From Laetmonice hystrix (lineage: Eukaryota), in contig OZ249436.1 of NCBI GenBank assembly GCA_965235115.1, positions 36,272,001 through 36,336,000 on the forward strand: a stretch of 64,000 nucleotides of DNA, read 5' to 3'. The notes under the pieces were generated by a model. That model saw nothing but the letters and a program-made list of their open reading frames with translations. It did not search any database and was not told where the DNA came from. A program made the position numbers and the translations under genes. How positions within the stretch are numbered: position 1 is the first letter of the stretch; each line of letters opens with the position of its first letter. Positions 52,401 to 64,000 of this stretch are shown in pieces.

Positions 52401-52604
52401 GGGCCTCAACTGGCCCAACGGCAACGGCGATCACTATCAAACCCCGTGTCGTAGGAGGTGTTGTGGCAAATCGTGGCTGAACTGCGAGTATTAAGGATAT
52501 CTCAGAACATAAACATACCTGGCGTTTTGCTCTGGTGTGTACCAACGTGTCGTAGGGCTCCGTGTGCTTTTCCGACCATGAAATATTCTAGAAAACAGAG
52601 CCAT
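34379..52604 (-). CDS. FNIP: Folliculin-interacting protein (FNIP1/FNIP2 homolog), 17 coding exons, 1271 aa
   Basis: Exons 52604-52519, 43931-43808, 43455-43375, 43231-42958, 42754-42504, 42367-42279, 41135-41012, 40860-40688, 40441-40324, 40103-40051, 39910-38141, 38032-37922, 37746-37578, 37213-37152, 36942-36807, 36652-36537, 34457-34379 splice in frame (3816 nt). FNIP motifs: [113 protein letters not shown]. Confidence 0.93.
34593..36567. repeat. 55-bp tandem repeat (roughly 28 copies) in the last FNIP intron, derived from the exon/donor junction
   Basis: Unit CAGATATTAGATACTCTCAGTCAGTTGTACTTACTGTTTGATGTTGATGTTAGAC; interrupted at 34844-35275. Confidence 0.95.
34844..35275. mobile_element. 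Non-autonomous DNA transposon with 33-bp TIRs and 7-bp TSD (P-element-like CA..TG ends)
   Basis: GTTGTAC|CACAGATTACCATACACAAACAGATTGGAAACG ... CGTTTCCAATCTGTTTGTGTATGCTAATCTGTG|GTTGTAC. Confidence 0.85.
36537..36652 (-). CDS. FNIP: FNIP exon ([26 protein letters not shown])
   Basis: TAG acceptor, GTAAGT donor, 116 nt. Confidence 0.9.
36807..36942 (-). CDS. FNIP: FNIP exon (NVRLQ...[24 protein letters not shown])
   Basis: TAG acceptor, GTAAGT donor, 136 nt. Confidence 0.9.
37152..37213 (-). CDS. FNIP: FNIP exon ([21 protein letters not shown])
   Basis: CAG acceptor, GTAAGT donor, 62 nt. Confidence 0.9.
37578..37746 (-). CDS. FNIP: FNIP exon ([22 protein letters not shown])
   Basis: CAG acceptor, GTAAGG donor, 169 nt. 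Confidence 0.9.
37922..38032 (-). CDS. FNIP: FNIP exon ([15 protein letters not shown]...EVNMP)
   Basis: CAG acceptor, GTATCG donor, 111 nt. Confidence 0.85.
38141..39910 (-). CDS. FNIP: FNIP large exon (1770 nt; [16 protein letters not shown], then a long acidic, probably disordered region)
   Basis: ORF 37846..39921; CAG acceptor, AG/GTCAGT donor. Confidence 0.9.
40051..40103 (-). CDS. FNIP: FNIP exon ([18 protein letters not shown])
   Basis: CAG acceptor, GTGAGT donor, 53 nt. Confidence 0.92.
40324..40441 (-). CDS. FNIP: FNIP exon ([26 protein letters not shown])
   Basis: CAG acceptor, GTGAGT donor, 118 nt. Confidence 0.92.
40688..40860 (-). CDS. FNIP: FNIP exon ([22 protein letters not shown]..)
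   Basis: CAG acceptor, GTAAGT donor, 173 nt. Confidence 0.92.
41012..41135 (-). CDS. FNIP: FNIP exon ([28 protein letters not shown]..)
   Basis: CAG acceptor, GTAAGC donor, 124 nt. Confidence 0.9.
41344..42196. mobile_element. Tc1/mariner-type non-autonomous element with long (~180 bp) imperfect TIRs
   Basis: TA|TCGGGTGGATAAAAAAAAACGCCCCGAACTTTAAACT ... AGTTTAAAGTTCGGGGCGTTTTTTTTATCCACCCGA|TA. Confidence 0.85.
42279..42367 (-). CDS. FNIP: FNIP exon ([20 protein letters not shown]..)
   Basis: CAGCAG acceptor, GTAAGC donor, 89 nt. Confidence 0.88.
42504..42754 (-). CDS. FNIP: FNIP exon ([30 protein letters not shown])
   Basis: ORF 42483..42779; TACAG acceptor, GTAAGT donor. Confidence 0.87.
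42958..43231 (-). CDS. FNIP: FNIP exon, longin-like domain ([29 protein letters not shown])
   Basis: ORF 42848..43204; TAG acceptor, GTAAAA donor. Confidence 0.9.
43375..43455 (-). CDS. FNIP: FNIP exon ([14 protein letters not shown])
   Basis: TAG acceptor, GTAAGT donor, 81 nt, phase 0/0. Confidence 0.8.
43808..43931 (-). CDS. FNIP: FNIP exon 2 ([30 protein letters not shown])
   Basis: CAG acceptor, GTAATA donor, 124 nt, phase 2/0. Confidence 0.9.
45401..46040. repeat. ~28-bp minisatellite with variable poly-C, about 21-22 copies
   Basis: Unit CCCGGTATCATCTGTCTTCCTCCCCCCA; explains the spurious 254-aa ORF 45292..46056. Confidence 0.95.
50049..50101 (-). CDS. FNIP: Candidate alternative first coding exon of FNIP ([17 protein letters not shown])
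   Basis: ATG, open frame, donor TG/GTATTG in phase 2, matching exon 2. Confidence 0.3.
50505..50626 (-). CDS. FNIP: Candidate alternative first coding exon of FNIP ([40 protein letters not shown])
   Basis: GACATGG start, 40 open codons, strong donor AAG/GTAGGT in phase 2, matching exon 2. Confidence 0.45.
52519..52604 (-). CDS. FNIP: FNIP first coding exon ([28 protein letters not shown])
   Basis: AAGATGG start, CAG/GTATGT donor in phase 2; resembles the FNIP N-terminus (MA..LF..LF). Confidence 0.82.
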
Positions 52605-52673
52605 CTTGCTCTCGTGTCGGTCCGTCCCATCATATGACTAACACCGCATTCCACGTTCCCGAGAAGGATGGTC

Positions 52674-52730
52674 ATTGGCTGTAACCTTTGTTAGGTGGGC
52701 TCTGATTGGTTGTTTCGGCAAGCGGAATTG
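52674..52730 (-). promoter_or_regulatory. FNIP proximal promoter with three CCAAT boxes
   Basis: ATTGG at 52674, 52705 and 52726, 70-125 bp upstream of the ATG. Confidence 0.55.
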
Positions 52731-53361
52731 GCGCTCTGTTAAACCATCAACACTCAGCACATGGTCAATCAGTGGCCACAGCCAGTACCATAGGCATAGG
52801 CATAACCGGGACCACCGCCTGTCACGTAGGGCTTACCGGTCACGGTTGCAAGTGCCTCCCGTTTGTTTAAGTGGACCTCCTTTGCTATTAAGCCTATAGC
52901 TTTCCCATGCACACGACCTCTTTTTTTTATATTCAGTGGTGGTGGTGGGGGGGGGGGGGAGTGCTTTTGGGTGATTGTTTTAATTTAGGGGAGATAGAGG
53001 GTCTAGATCGACGGATTAGCTCAGCTGTGTCTGTCTGCACTGTGCACAGCTGGGGATTGGTCATTGATCAGGGGTAGACTCTAGGGCCTAATTAACTTGT
53101 GGCCCATATTTCACTTTCAGAATGACGTGCTGAAAGAAAAAATGCATCTCTCAGACAAAAAGTAGGGCTTCCCCCCCCCTCCAATAGGCCTAATTTAAGT
53201 AACGTAGCTCTTGGGCCGATTATATAATATTCTAGCCTATAATAGCCGCCTCTAAGGTAAGCCCATAGCATTCTGTGGGTAACGTAGGCCCTAATAGGCA
53301 GAGGAATACCCAGGGCTGAATGTTTCCTAGACGCATGGGTGTCAAAACGAGCGGCAAAACA

Positions 53362-53457
53362 GCGCCGTCTAGCGGAACTTTGTATCGGCTTGTTGTAATG
53401 AATCTCACCAGAGGGCGAGATACTCGCAATAATGCTACAACCCGTCACTAGATGGCA
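53362..53457. promoter_or_regulatory. Three CTCF-like motifs
   Basis: CCGCTAGACGGCGC (- strand, 53362-53375), TCACCAGAGGGCGA (+, 53405), TCACTAGATGGCA (+, 53445). Confidence 0.4.
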
Positions 53458-56400
53458 TGCCAGTTCAAACGCAATTAAGACATCAAGGAGGATCAAGGTT
53501 GATTTCTATTTCTACTCGGGTAGGACACGATCTATCCGTGTTGCAACCGAACCGTCGTGCTTGTTGTAATGAATAAGGATATTTCAGGGTCGTAGGAATC
53601 AAATTTACACAGGGGGGGGGGATCACAAATAGGCTAAAGAAAAAAGGCCCACAAAGTTGAAAAGTCACCAAGGCACATGATTAAAATAATGTAGCCTGCT
53701 TTGTCTAATAGGCTATAAGGCGCCTTTATTTACAATTTATTTACAGACCTTTCTGGGAATCAAATGAAATTACATTTAGAGTCTAGATATAGATCTATGT
53801 AATGGGCCCTTATAAATTTATTATAACTTAGGCCTATAGGCCCCTAGGCGTCTCATGGCCGTCCGAGCGGGGGGCTGCGATGGGTGCGGTCGCACCCCCC
53901 CCCCCCCGTTTCTGTCAAATTTATCCCAATTTCTATGTAGGCTATATCACATTAGGTATGATATGAGCAGGTCATAATGGTAAGAATGTAGATGTTACAG
54001 TTTTAATAGCATTTTGTGAGTAGGCCTAGAGTCTACATCCCTAAACACTGCATGCATGTAGGCCTACACAGTCATGTAGCCCCCCCCCCCCCCCATGCAT
54101 GGTAAACTCGAAATGGGAGACAAACGCGGAGAACTTCCCAAAGCGAGAGATTGCGCCTCCGCCATTTGACGCCATTTAGCACATTTTTCCTCACATTAAT
54201 TCTGACTACTTTTGAGGTCAATGGGAGAACTCGAAATGGGAGTAAAAGGGGAGAACTTCCCAAAACGAGAGACTGAGCTACGCCGTTTAACGAGGGTTAC
54301 GTGCATAGGCCTACACACGTTTAATATAGTATCATTGGCCAAACGTCGGCCCCGCCAGGCCCCCCCCCCCCGTGACGATTCCATCGGAAGCCGGAAGGTG
54401 GCAGTGCAGTCGGAGGTGGCAGTGCCCGTCGGCCCGGCCAGGTATACGTGCCGTGACGATTCATTTTTCCTATGAATGTCATTGCTACCTTCTTCAGTGT
54501 GCAAAAATATGCTTGTACTGGCCCGGGAATGATTGAAAACGCCAAATACATCTGTTTTACATAATATTAGGTCATTATTGCAATGTTTGTATGCATGTCT
54601 AGTATTGTAATTAGCTACTGCAATTTTCGCATAGTATTCGTCTCGTACGTTCCCTCATAGAAAGAAAGAGCACTCAGTCTTCACTGTTTAAGGGGCATCG
54701 AAGTATTTCTATATCAAAACCATGAAGGCCTAATATGACTACTTGCATTTCTTGGCATTGTATAAATGTCCTGTGCAGGTAGGGAGCCATCACTGTAGTG
54801 TTTGCTCGAGTATAAGGTCAGTCAGTACATGATGGGAACCCTCACTGTAGTGTTTACTCAATCGGTGCGCACCGTTTTATTCTATCTTGACGCCATATTC
54901 TGATATTTATCAGTATTCCGTCTGGCCGTCCCATGATTCCCCGCCACTGTGTGCAACGTCACTTTATTGTGTACTGGACAGCAGTATTATGTAGAAAAAA
55001 ATACGCGCACGTAGGCCTATACGCTTCGGCCTTCCTATCCCTGCTTGGCCATAGTCAAAACAACATGCCGCGGAAAAAAATCTACTCGACCAAGTCTGCG
55101 AAGCCTAGGCCTAATGCAGCTTGTTCAAAAAAGCTGATTTCTGACGGAAAATGGCGATAATCTTGCGCCCTTTATTTATCAACTTCAACGAAAGATTAGG
55201 CCCCTACATCACAAAAACAGCAAATGAAGTTGTTTTTCTTCCTTTCTACCTCAGGTCTACCGACATACCTCTTAAGCACGGCGTAAGTCAGTTGATGTTC
55301 CACCAATGTAGCGCTAAGGATTTCGATAATCATAATGTTCCCTTAGGTCTATATGAAGCTCTAGGCTATTATGTCAGTTATTACAAGAGCGGTTTATGAC
55401 CCCCTTTCTAGATCTACCCCCTTTCAGATCCCTATATAGTAGGCCTATTATTTCCGGAGGAGGATATAGGCTAGGCCGAGGTCTGTTGTTATTCGAATCT
55501 CTCAGCCATGCAGTTATTATTTAATTCATGAATTATTGGGATGTTGGAAGCATCTTGGCACTCAGCTTAAATTGTTTTACCCCTGAATTCATGGCGAAGA
55601 AGAGGTTATGATCCGACCCAGTACGTTGCCATGAGTTACCATTGCATGTCAAATCTATCGAAAATGTCAAATTGTTTTTAGCCTTTAGAAAAAGTTTTCT
55701 TTGTTTGGGTTTAGAAATTAGGTTTTTATTAAATTGGCATTTTGTGACGGTTTGAATGCGAAAAGAAATTCCAATATAATAAGGTCAGCCCTGCAGTCGG
55801 TAAATAAGGAGACACGTCCAGTCGTAAGGAAGCATGCCGCACACAGTCGGGCTCGCTGTTATTTTCTTACTGGAACGTCACGATTGTTCAGTCTTTTCTG
55901 ACATTTACAAATCTTCGGTCATGTTAGTATAAAAAATATTTAAACAGTAAACTGTTAATCCCCACATTTTTATCAGTAGGTTGACAACCGCGGTATAGAA
56001 AAGGGATCGCCTGTGAGATTGTAAAAATTAATACATAGAACTGTATTGGCACTTGGTTGAATTATTTTGTGATCAAATCTGGTCTGAGAAAATTAGTAGG
56101 CCTATAACAGGCCTATATTAATGTCCTATCCAATACCAAAGTACTTGGTATCACTGAGACAATCCCCTCCAAAATAACAACAAAAAAACAAACAAACAAA
56201 CAAACAAACGTATTGCGTTTAATGTCCAACGTAATATTTTATAACTTATGAGGACTTCCACTCTAAACAAAACTACACAAACACAGACAGCGGTATCGTA
56301 CGTAGACCTATTTGTGCTATACTTTAACGCTATAGCCTAGATCTAGTACCTATGGGTTCGTTTATTTATATCGAGAAGAGGCGACACGTCTTTTCATGTT

Positions 56401-59400
56401 GTCATTAGTCTGCATGTCGGTACAATGGCTTCACCTTACCTTGGCTGACTGATGCTGTCGGCACACATACATCATTCTGCGTGGTGAACGGATGGAAGCC
56501 CTACCATGGCTTGCAGAAACAACAGCGGGGATTGGCCACGAATTAATACGAATCCAAATGATCCTTGTTAAATGTATAGGCCTATCCTTCCGCGGTAACA
56601 TTGCAAAAACCTAATTTGGTCCGGGGGGGGCTCCGGACCCCCTGCCCCCCCTGGATCCGCGCCTGGCCTGCCGCGATTTCTAAGGAGGACCTTTACTCCA
56701 TTTTACTGATTATAGGTTTCTATTTCCTGTGAATATCTAGGCCTAGGCCTATATATAGGCCTACTTAGACTGAAATTAGGCCGTATAGGCCCTACTTGGG
56801 CCTATATTAGGGAAAAATCAGAGTATTGGGTGAGGGTGGAGGTGGTGGTTTAATAGCTCGTGTGAAGATGTAGGCTTCTTCAGAATATGCGATTGATGTT
56901 TAAAAGTTTTGTTGTTGATATTTTTGCTCCGCTGGAAAGATAGAGCTAATGTATTCACAGATCATTAATTAAAATTGGCAACAGCGTCCACATTTATCAG
57001 GCCTGTCTTGGACCTAAATGGCAGTCAAACTATACCAAGAGAATTAAAATAGACTAGGTATAATTCGGGCTGTTGCCTATTGTATAATATCATTCACAGA
57101 AATATAGCTTTTGTTCTTATCTCATTATTCCCATTTCGAACCGGTATTGCTACCTAGAGATTTATTCAACAGTAGAGAGATAAGTACAATAACTCCGAAA
57201 TCTTTTATTTCCATTTCAGCCGCTGCACAATCCGGTTATGTTCGACAGTGGTTTACTGGCACAACCAGCCATCGCCTGGGAAGCCAGCGGCTTCATACAT
57301 CAACCGAAGCACATCGTTCATTGTCAGCCGGTCGCCATTTCCACCGGGCGAGACACAGCTAACCGCCCTTCACAGTCCCGGATGTACCTCCCGTGGCTGC
57401 GTGACATAGCCACGCTGTTAAGACCGGATTTGAATCAGTCTCCCATTTACTGACGTGTCAAGGGGGTACGCTCGTAGGCTGGCTCATGCAATCTCTTGTG
57501 CAGTAAAGACATGCATGTTGCGAAATTATAGGGTCACTTGGACCACCAAAGCTCACTGCCAGGATAATTCAAGCCTTCAAGATCTATAGCTCATTGATAA
57601 GAATAAAGCGTATATAACATTACCCATTTTAGTAATCAATTGTCTGATCGCCCATTTTCAGGATTTTGGAAAAAGGCGGTCCAACATGAAAAACGGGCAA
57701 CAACCAAAAAAAGAAAAGAAAAGAAAAGGGGGAGGCAATTTAAGAATGCAGGGATTAGTTCGGAAACTGAGTTGGAACAGTTTCAACATTGCCTGCATGC
57801 GCAGAAACCAGGCCGTAAAATTTATATTTATATTACGTTTGCAACCGCTAACCGGCGAAGGAAATGACACGAAGGTAGGTCTGACCAAGCTGCGGTCAGC
57901 TTCGACTTAAACCTGGTGTGAAACAGCGTGGGCCTGCCGTGCATGGCAGGTGCGGATGACTGATCCCTGGATATTGGCAGAACAGCTAGGTAGGGTAAAT
58001 AATTATTACCAAAGGAATATAGCCTATAGACACATGTCAGTCTTCCTATGGAGGCCAGATATCCCATGAGTCAGGCCACTGTATTAAACTTGTAGCAGAA
58101 AATATAATAAAATAATTTATATTCCATTAGAAAAATCTACAAAGGCATATGGATATTGGAAAGTCATGCTAACGGTGCCATTCCCGCGTAATCCCCGATT
58201 TGGGGGACATCCTCACTGAGTGTTCCAAGTCCCCGGCCCATGCAGTGACGAGGGAATGTCGCCAGCATGTTCCCAGAACGGGATTGTCGCCGCTCGAGGA
58301 CATCCCCCGTTATAGTGGGCCCCCGACTTCCGCCGTCCATAATATCTGGCCCTATTTTACCATAGGGACATGCAATCTCAAAGTATAGCAATAAAGTAGA
58401 GCGTATAACATAATTACACGCTCTTTGTCATAGATTTTCACATTTCAAAATAGTTCATTTTCGCCCTTGTATCTCATGAAATATCGGTGTGGACACATCA
58501 GAAGGAGGCCTTGTGGAAAGGTATCTTGATGTGACCTTTCGAAAGGCGTGCCAATCCCCGATTGGGAGGATGGGATCAATGCCTACCTTGATCAGCCACA
58601 CAGGTGTGATAGGATTAGAGGTGGTATTATTGTCGACCAGGTACCAACATACGCGGCTAGCCTGGCCATGTTATCGATGATCTCTTACAAGGTTTGGCGT
58701 GCCGGCTGGATGTCTGTAGCCCGATAACGCCTTGCAAGGCCGTGGAACATGGCAGGCTGCTGACTTCAAATACCCTCTGTGCCAGATCAACTGCATATAG
58801 GTCATAGTAAACGGCAGGAAATTGAGATCAACACCCCCCCCCCCCCCATTCATTACAATCAATAGTCAATACAATTAGGCCTACTATACATGGTATTGAA
58901 GACCCAGCTTGTAAACTTGATAATGTTCAGAGCGAAGTCTCCCCGGATTAATTGCCCAATCGATTTACACTATACCTGCAAATGCTCTTGTCCCATTTGA
59001 ATTTCGCAACTAGCAAGTTCGATGAGGCGCCGGCCATTTCTACTTTCAGCGCGAAACCTTCTTCATAATACGTAGTGAAATATACAACGATAAGACAGAA
59101 ACTCACTTAGGAACTAACCATAGCAGGGGCTCTCTTATCTTGATCAGAAACGGTTTAGAAGTTGTTGTAGATAAAGAAGAAATATAACTGAGGAGTCAAA
59201 TATAATAATAGGAGGGGACTTCAATACGGTACAGCAACATATTGATAAGAAAGGTGGTAAAAAGAATTTTAAAGAAAGAACCCTGAGAGACTTAGAAGAC
59301 ATCAAACAATTGTGTGAAGTAGGCGATATCTGGAGAATACGGAATCCAGACAACATAAGGTACACATGGAGACAAAAGAACCCCCTTATACAGTGGACTA

Positions 59401-60314
59401 GATTTCTTTCTGGTCCCTGTAAAGTTGCAAGACAATGTAGAAGTCGTTGATATTATACCAGCCAAATATACAGACCACTCGGAAATAATAATAACCATAA
59501 ATCAGAGGGAAGAACAACAGAGAGGAAAAGGATAGTGGAAATTTAATTCTGGCCTAATTGCTGACCCCATTTACACAAATATGTTGAAAGAACCGCTTTT
59601 GCGCTGGAGAGAGCTCTAGGAAGTTCATCAAATGCAAGATTCCCAGGCATGGGAGTTTATCAAATATAAGGTGAGAAAGGAAACAATAATGTACTCTGGA
59701 AACCGAGCGAGAAAATGGACCAGAGAAGATGAATGAATAAAGAAAGTTAAAGAATTTGAGGATAATCTAACTGAGGATAACTTATCAGATGAAGATGCGA
59801 AAAAGGAGATAGGGGGGATAAGGATGGAAAAGGTCCGTGGAACTATTGTGACAACAAACGCCAGGTGGTTTAGGAGGGAGAAAAGAGCAATAAATACTTT
59901 TTGAATCTAGAAAAAAGAAATCATACTAGAAAACACATCCGAAAACTACCAAATGCATTGGGCCAATCCATAACAGATTCCAAACAAATCTTAGCAGAAG
60001 AAAGACGATTTTATCTGAGGATCTGTACAAGGAAAGAAACAGTAACCGATCGAAAAACGTGTGGGATAAGTTCGTCAAACCTAGATCACTACCAAAACTT
60101 TCGCAAGTGAGGGTACGGTAACAGAATTTAAATGTAAGGAGGTTTTGAAAACTTTTAAAAATAACAAGTCCCCAGCTAATGATGGACTTACTTTTGGAAC
60201 GACATTAAAGAGGTGCTAATTTGTACCTCAAAGGCAAGCGGTGATAACCCTAATAGATAAAGGTAAAGATAGGCTTTTGTTAAAAAGATTGGCGTCCCAT
60301 ATCCCTCCTAAATA

Positions 60315-61821
60315 TAGCCTACGTAGTAAGCCTCAGCCGGTGAGGCTTACGACCACTCAATGTTAAAAATTGGTGTTTCACTGGCAACGCAAATTCATGT
60401 ACCGATCAACTCACCGGTATCCATTTATCACGGGCCACGTCTTCTCTTAGTGGTTCGACAAGTATTTTAAGGATAAAACATCAATTTCCGAAGTGTCGTA
60501 CAGCTGCGGCTTCCCTGGCCTGTTTATGTCCCAGCATGCATCTCTCTGACCTCGCAAGGTCCCCTGCTCTACGTATGTCGTAACATAGCGGACGCGTCTG
60601 TTAAACAGGGTACCAGGCTACTCCCTGACCCAGGAGGTCAAAATGGCCGCGATACACTGAAAAATTGAAGGGGTTAAAAACAACCCAAATTGGGTTAAAT
60701 TTTAACTATGTGCTGGGTCAGCCGGTGAACTACCCAAACCGGGGTTAAAGTAACCCAAATATTTGGGTTATGAAATTTACCTAAATTATGGGTTGAATTT
60801 TTAACCCAAATGTCTGGTAAAGGCTACTAATTTTTGCGTTGAATTCTACCGAGATTTGGGTTAAAAATGTTTCTCAATATTTGGGTTATATTTAACCCTG
60901 TAGAGTGGGTTACCCAAAGGGTTGGGTTAACATTCGAACGCAAGGTTTGGGTCGTATACCGATAATATAGAGTACCCAGTCGGCTAGGTTATCTTTTAAT
61001 TAATTAAATAATCCGTACCCAGTAGTTGGCTTAGCAAAAAAAATGGGATTTTCCAACCCAATAAAGGGTACTTCAGTCACGAAATCATTGAAATCATGAT
61101 TTGAATGAACTTTCTGGCCTCGAGTGACAACACATCACACCAGCATGCTGTAAAGCAATGGTGTTTCTATGTTGGGGGATTGAATCTCGTGAAAGGATTT
61201 ACGTTTGCCTTCTCTGTTTCTAGCTTATTGCATAAAACATGACTTCACTGCCTTTCTGTACATATTAAACAGCATATCCAAGTATGAGTGCTACAAAATA
61301 TCGAAAAAGAGTTCTTATGCAAGACACATAAGCGTGGCTATGTCCACTGGGGCCACCTAGCGTCAGAAATTTGGATGACCCAAATTTGACCCAACATTGG
61401 GTTAGGGGTAACCAAATATGGGGTTGTGTCACCAACTCAAATTTTTGAGTAATATTAACCCACGCTATTGGTTGGGGGTAACCCAAAATGGGACGTTTTA
61501 ACCCCAAAAAACAACCCAAGGCTGTTACCCAGATTTTGGGTTGAAATTTTAACCCCGGCAATTTTTCAGTGTAGGCAGAGAGCGAAATTCATCGATTCCA
61601 GACTTTGTGCTGCCTTTATTATGTCTCGTCGTGCTTTCCAAACTTAGAAATTAGTGAGATAAGTTACTTTAAGCGTGTTTATCAATATTCAGTCCAGACA
61701 TATGGGCAGAGGAGGGGTTTTCATGGTGGTCGGATGATTTGACCGAACACACCAGGAACTTGCACTAATTAAGTGGCGTCCGTCTCTGTATACGGTAGTA
61801 CAGAGACGGATACTCTGTCTA
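60315..61821. mobile_element. Insertion with TAG..CTA ends, subterminal hairpins and 9-bp TSD (Academ/AcademH-like non-autonomous element; family tentative)
   Basis: TCCTAAATA duplicated at 60306-60314 and 61822-61830; removing the insert restores the LINE frame SLLN-TDYK. Confidence 0.75.
60655..61571. mobile_element. Nested CMC/EnSpm-like non-autonomous element
   Basis: TA|CACTGAAAAATTG ... CAATTTTTCAGTG|TA, with many subterminal AACCCAA / TTGGGTT repeats. Confidence 0.8.
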
Positions 61822-62849
61822 TCCTAAATACAGACTACAAAATAATGGCTAAAGCAATAGCACACAGAATCAAAAAGGTCCTACCTGAAATAATACATCA
61901 TAATTAAACTAGATGTGTTGAAGGAAGATATAGGAGATAACATACGGCAGGTTTTAGATCTCATGGAATACATGGATGCCGAAAACATTCCAGGATTATT
62001 AGTGGGCACGGACTTTGAAAAAGCTTTTGATTCGCTAGACTGGCGCTTCATGTTGAAAGCATTGGAAAACTTTAATTTTGGTCCATCTGTTATTCAACAT
62101 TTGGGTTAATAACTTCTACTAAGATAATTTTGGCATGTACAGTTAATAATGGTTATATACTTCGGGATACTTTAAATTAGAAAGAGGGCTACGTCCTTTC
62201 TATACATGTTCCGGATCAAGGAAGCCATGCTTCAAATTCCCTTATGTAGGGGGGCATTAATACCAACTGTAAAAATCATTAAAAAAAATCAATTCAATTC
62301 AATATGAGGAGGGGGGGGGGTCAGAAGATGCTAGATTTAGAAATACTTATTGAAAGCACCAGAGTTAAATATCTCAAGAGGTATTTCTATGGAGTACAGC
62401 ATGCCTGGAAAGTAATCAATGCTTCAGTGTATGGAGGAATACACATTGTTACACGGGAATATCGAGAAGAATAATCTAACGTATCTACCTTATTTCCAGC
62501 AAGAGGTTATTATTAAAGTAGTTGAACAACTTAAGTAGTTATAGCATATATGCCATACCTATTTAAATCATTCCACTACTCCACTATTTCACTATTCTCT
62601 TGGGACGGCAGTATTACTGGATATCAATATTCTGGAAATTTGCCACGGAATGATATGTAACATCGATGAAAAAAGACAGCATTTCCTGAGCGTGTCGGTC
62701 AGCATAATAAACCATTCAGGCAGGCACTGTTGACATGAAATGTCTCAAGAACTTCAAACCAGGTTGGGATGAACTTAGTAAGCCTATAATCAAAACTGTT
62801 TTTCAGCTAATACTACCAGCGCTGGCTCATATAATGAATTCTTCACTAG

Positions 62850-63760
62850 TCACAGGTGAAATCCCAATAGAAATGAAAACAGCCAGTGTATTACCATTAT
62901 TTAAATAAGATAATAATAAACTATTTATTAATTACAGACCTATATCGATTCTCCATATTCTATCGAAAATTCTCGAAAGAATTATCTACCGCCGTATTAT
63001 CAGATTCTTGGAATGACATACGACTATTAATTTGGCTTTAGAAAATCACATTCAACCGAGTCAGCCTTAACAATACTGAATGACAAAATAACTTCTGCTT
63101 TTGATGAAAACAAGATTTCAGTAAGGCCGTTGATACGATCAACTTTCAAATTTTAGTATATCAACTTAACTACTATATGCAATTAGAGGTGCTGCACTAA
63201 CATAGATAACAAACTATTTAACTAATAGATGTCAACATGTTCGCTACATGGACTCAATTTCAGTAATCCTTACACCCAAATCTCGCGTACCCCAGGGATC
63301 AATTTTAAGACCTCTCCTTTTCTAAATATACATTATGATTTAAGTACAGTTTCCTCTAAATTTGACCCAGTTATGTTTGCTGATGACAGCAGTCTTTAAT
63401 AGTGGCCCCAATGTCGACTCTTTTATTAATACATCAAACTATCAAAAATACATACCTGGCTAATGCGAAATAAATTATCCCTTAACATAACACCCCCATA
63501 GAACAAGTCATTAAAATAAAATTCTTAGGTTACCATCTTGACCTCACATATCTCAATGATATCAACTAAAATAGCAAAAGATATCGGACTTTTAATCAAA
63601 TTAAGGAAAGTACTTTATAGTAATACCCTGCGAAATCTCTATTTCTCATTTATTCCCCCAAACATCATAAATAGCCTCCATGTATGGGGTAGTGTCAATA
63701 AGACATACAACAAATTGTCAAATTGCAAAAAAACTCATTAGAATTATTGATAATAATTAT
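62850..63760 (+). mobile_element. Decayed CR1/L2-like LINE reverse transcriptase fragment
   Basis: Motifs NYRPISIL..LSKILERII, FGFRKSHSTESAL, VPQGSIL.PLLFLIY, MFADDS, with stops and frameshifts. Confidence 0.82.
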
Positions 63761-64000
63761 TGATACTTTACCCAGCCATTCATTTCATGTAATATTCCAT
63801 GCTTTAAACCTGTGTGTTTCTAATGCTTTGCCATATATACAGTAATATACATTCAATTTTAATAGGGATTTCATAAGCAAAATCTTACTTCCTATCCCAG
63901 ATATAGGCCTAGCTCAGCTACCTTTTTCTGTACATCCTTAATTTGTGGAAATAAACATGATTATTATTATTATTAATGTTGTTTTCGACGTCCGAGGTAT

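Larger units (their letters stand above)
59066..62480 (+). mobile_element. Decayed LINE (L1/Tx1-like ORF2: AP endonuclease + reverse transcriptase), interrupted at 60315-61821
   Basis: Frameshifted motifs IIIGGDFN, DIWRIRNP..YTWRQ, LDFFLV, TDHS, KSPANDGL, WRPISLLN|TDYKIMAKAIAHRIKKVLPEII, DFEKAFDSLDWRFMLKALENFNFGP. Confidence 0.88.

Noticed and set aside
52995..53056. tRNA- or SINE-like start GGATTAGCTCAG with a hairpin
   Set aside because: No B-box and no cloverleaf.
54106..54292. Two ~65-bp diverged direct repeats and GC-rich ORFs at 54-58 kb
   Set aside because: No recognisable protein motifs or consistent splice structure; probably repeat remnants.

Overview
Eukaryotic genomic DNA from an invertebrate animal (probably a lophotrochozoan; species not determined). 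It holds two convergent multi-exon genes. On the + strand is a 5'-truncated ABCC1/MRP1-type ABC exporter (visible CDS 3603-28598, 1418 aa spliced in frame). On the - strand is a complete folliculin-interacting protein gene FNIP (52604-34379, 17 coding exons, 1271 aa). After them lies a repeat-rich intergenic region with two decayed LINEs and nested DNA transposons. Main signal: the MRP1 gene carries two tandem clusters of mutually exclusive exons (2 x 178 nt and 4 x 311 nt, up to 8 isoforms) that exchange transmembrane helices lining the substrate pocket. The introns around both clusters contain long, collinear, G:U-rich complementary segments, including one downstream docking segment that three upstream selectors can each pair with. 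This is a candidate competing-RNA-structure splicing switch. Other observations: two microexons, a GC-AG intron, two minisatellites that amplify a splice donor, candidate alternative first exons of FNIP, and a MiT/TFE (CLEAR/M-box) motif cluster in FNIP intron 1. All base pairings were found by eye and no folding energies were computed.
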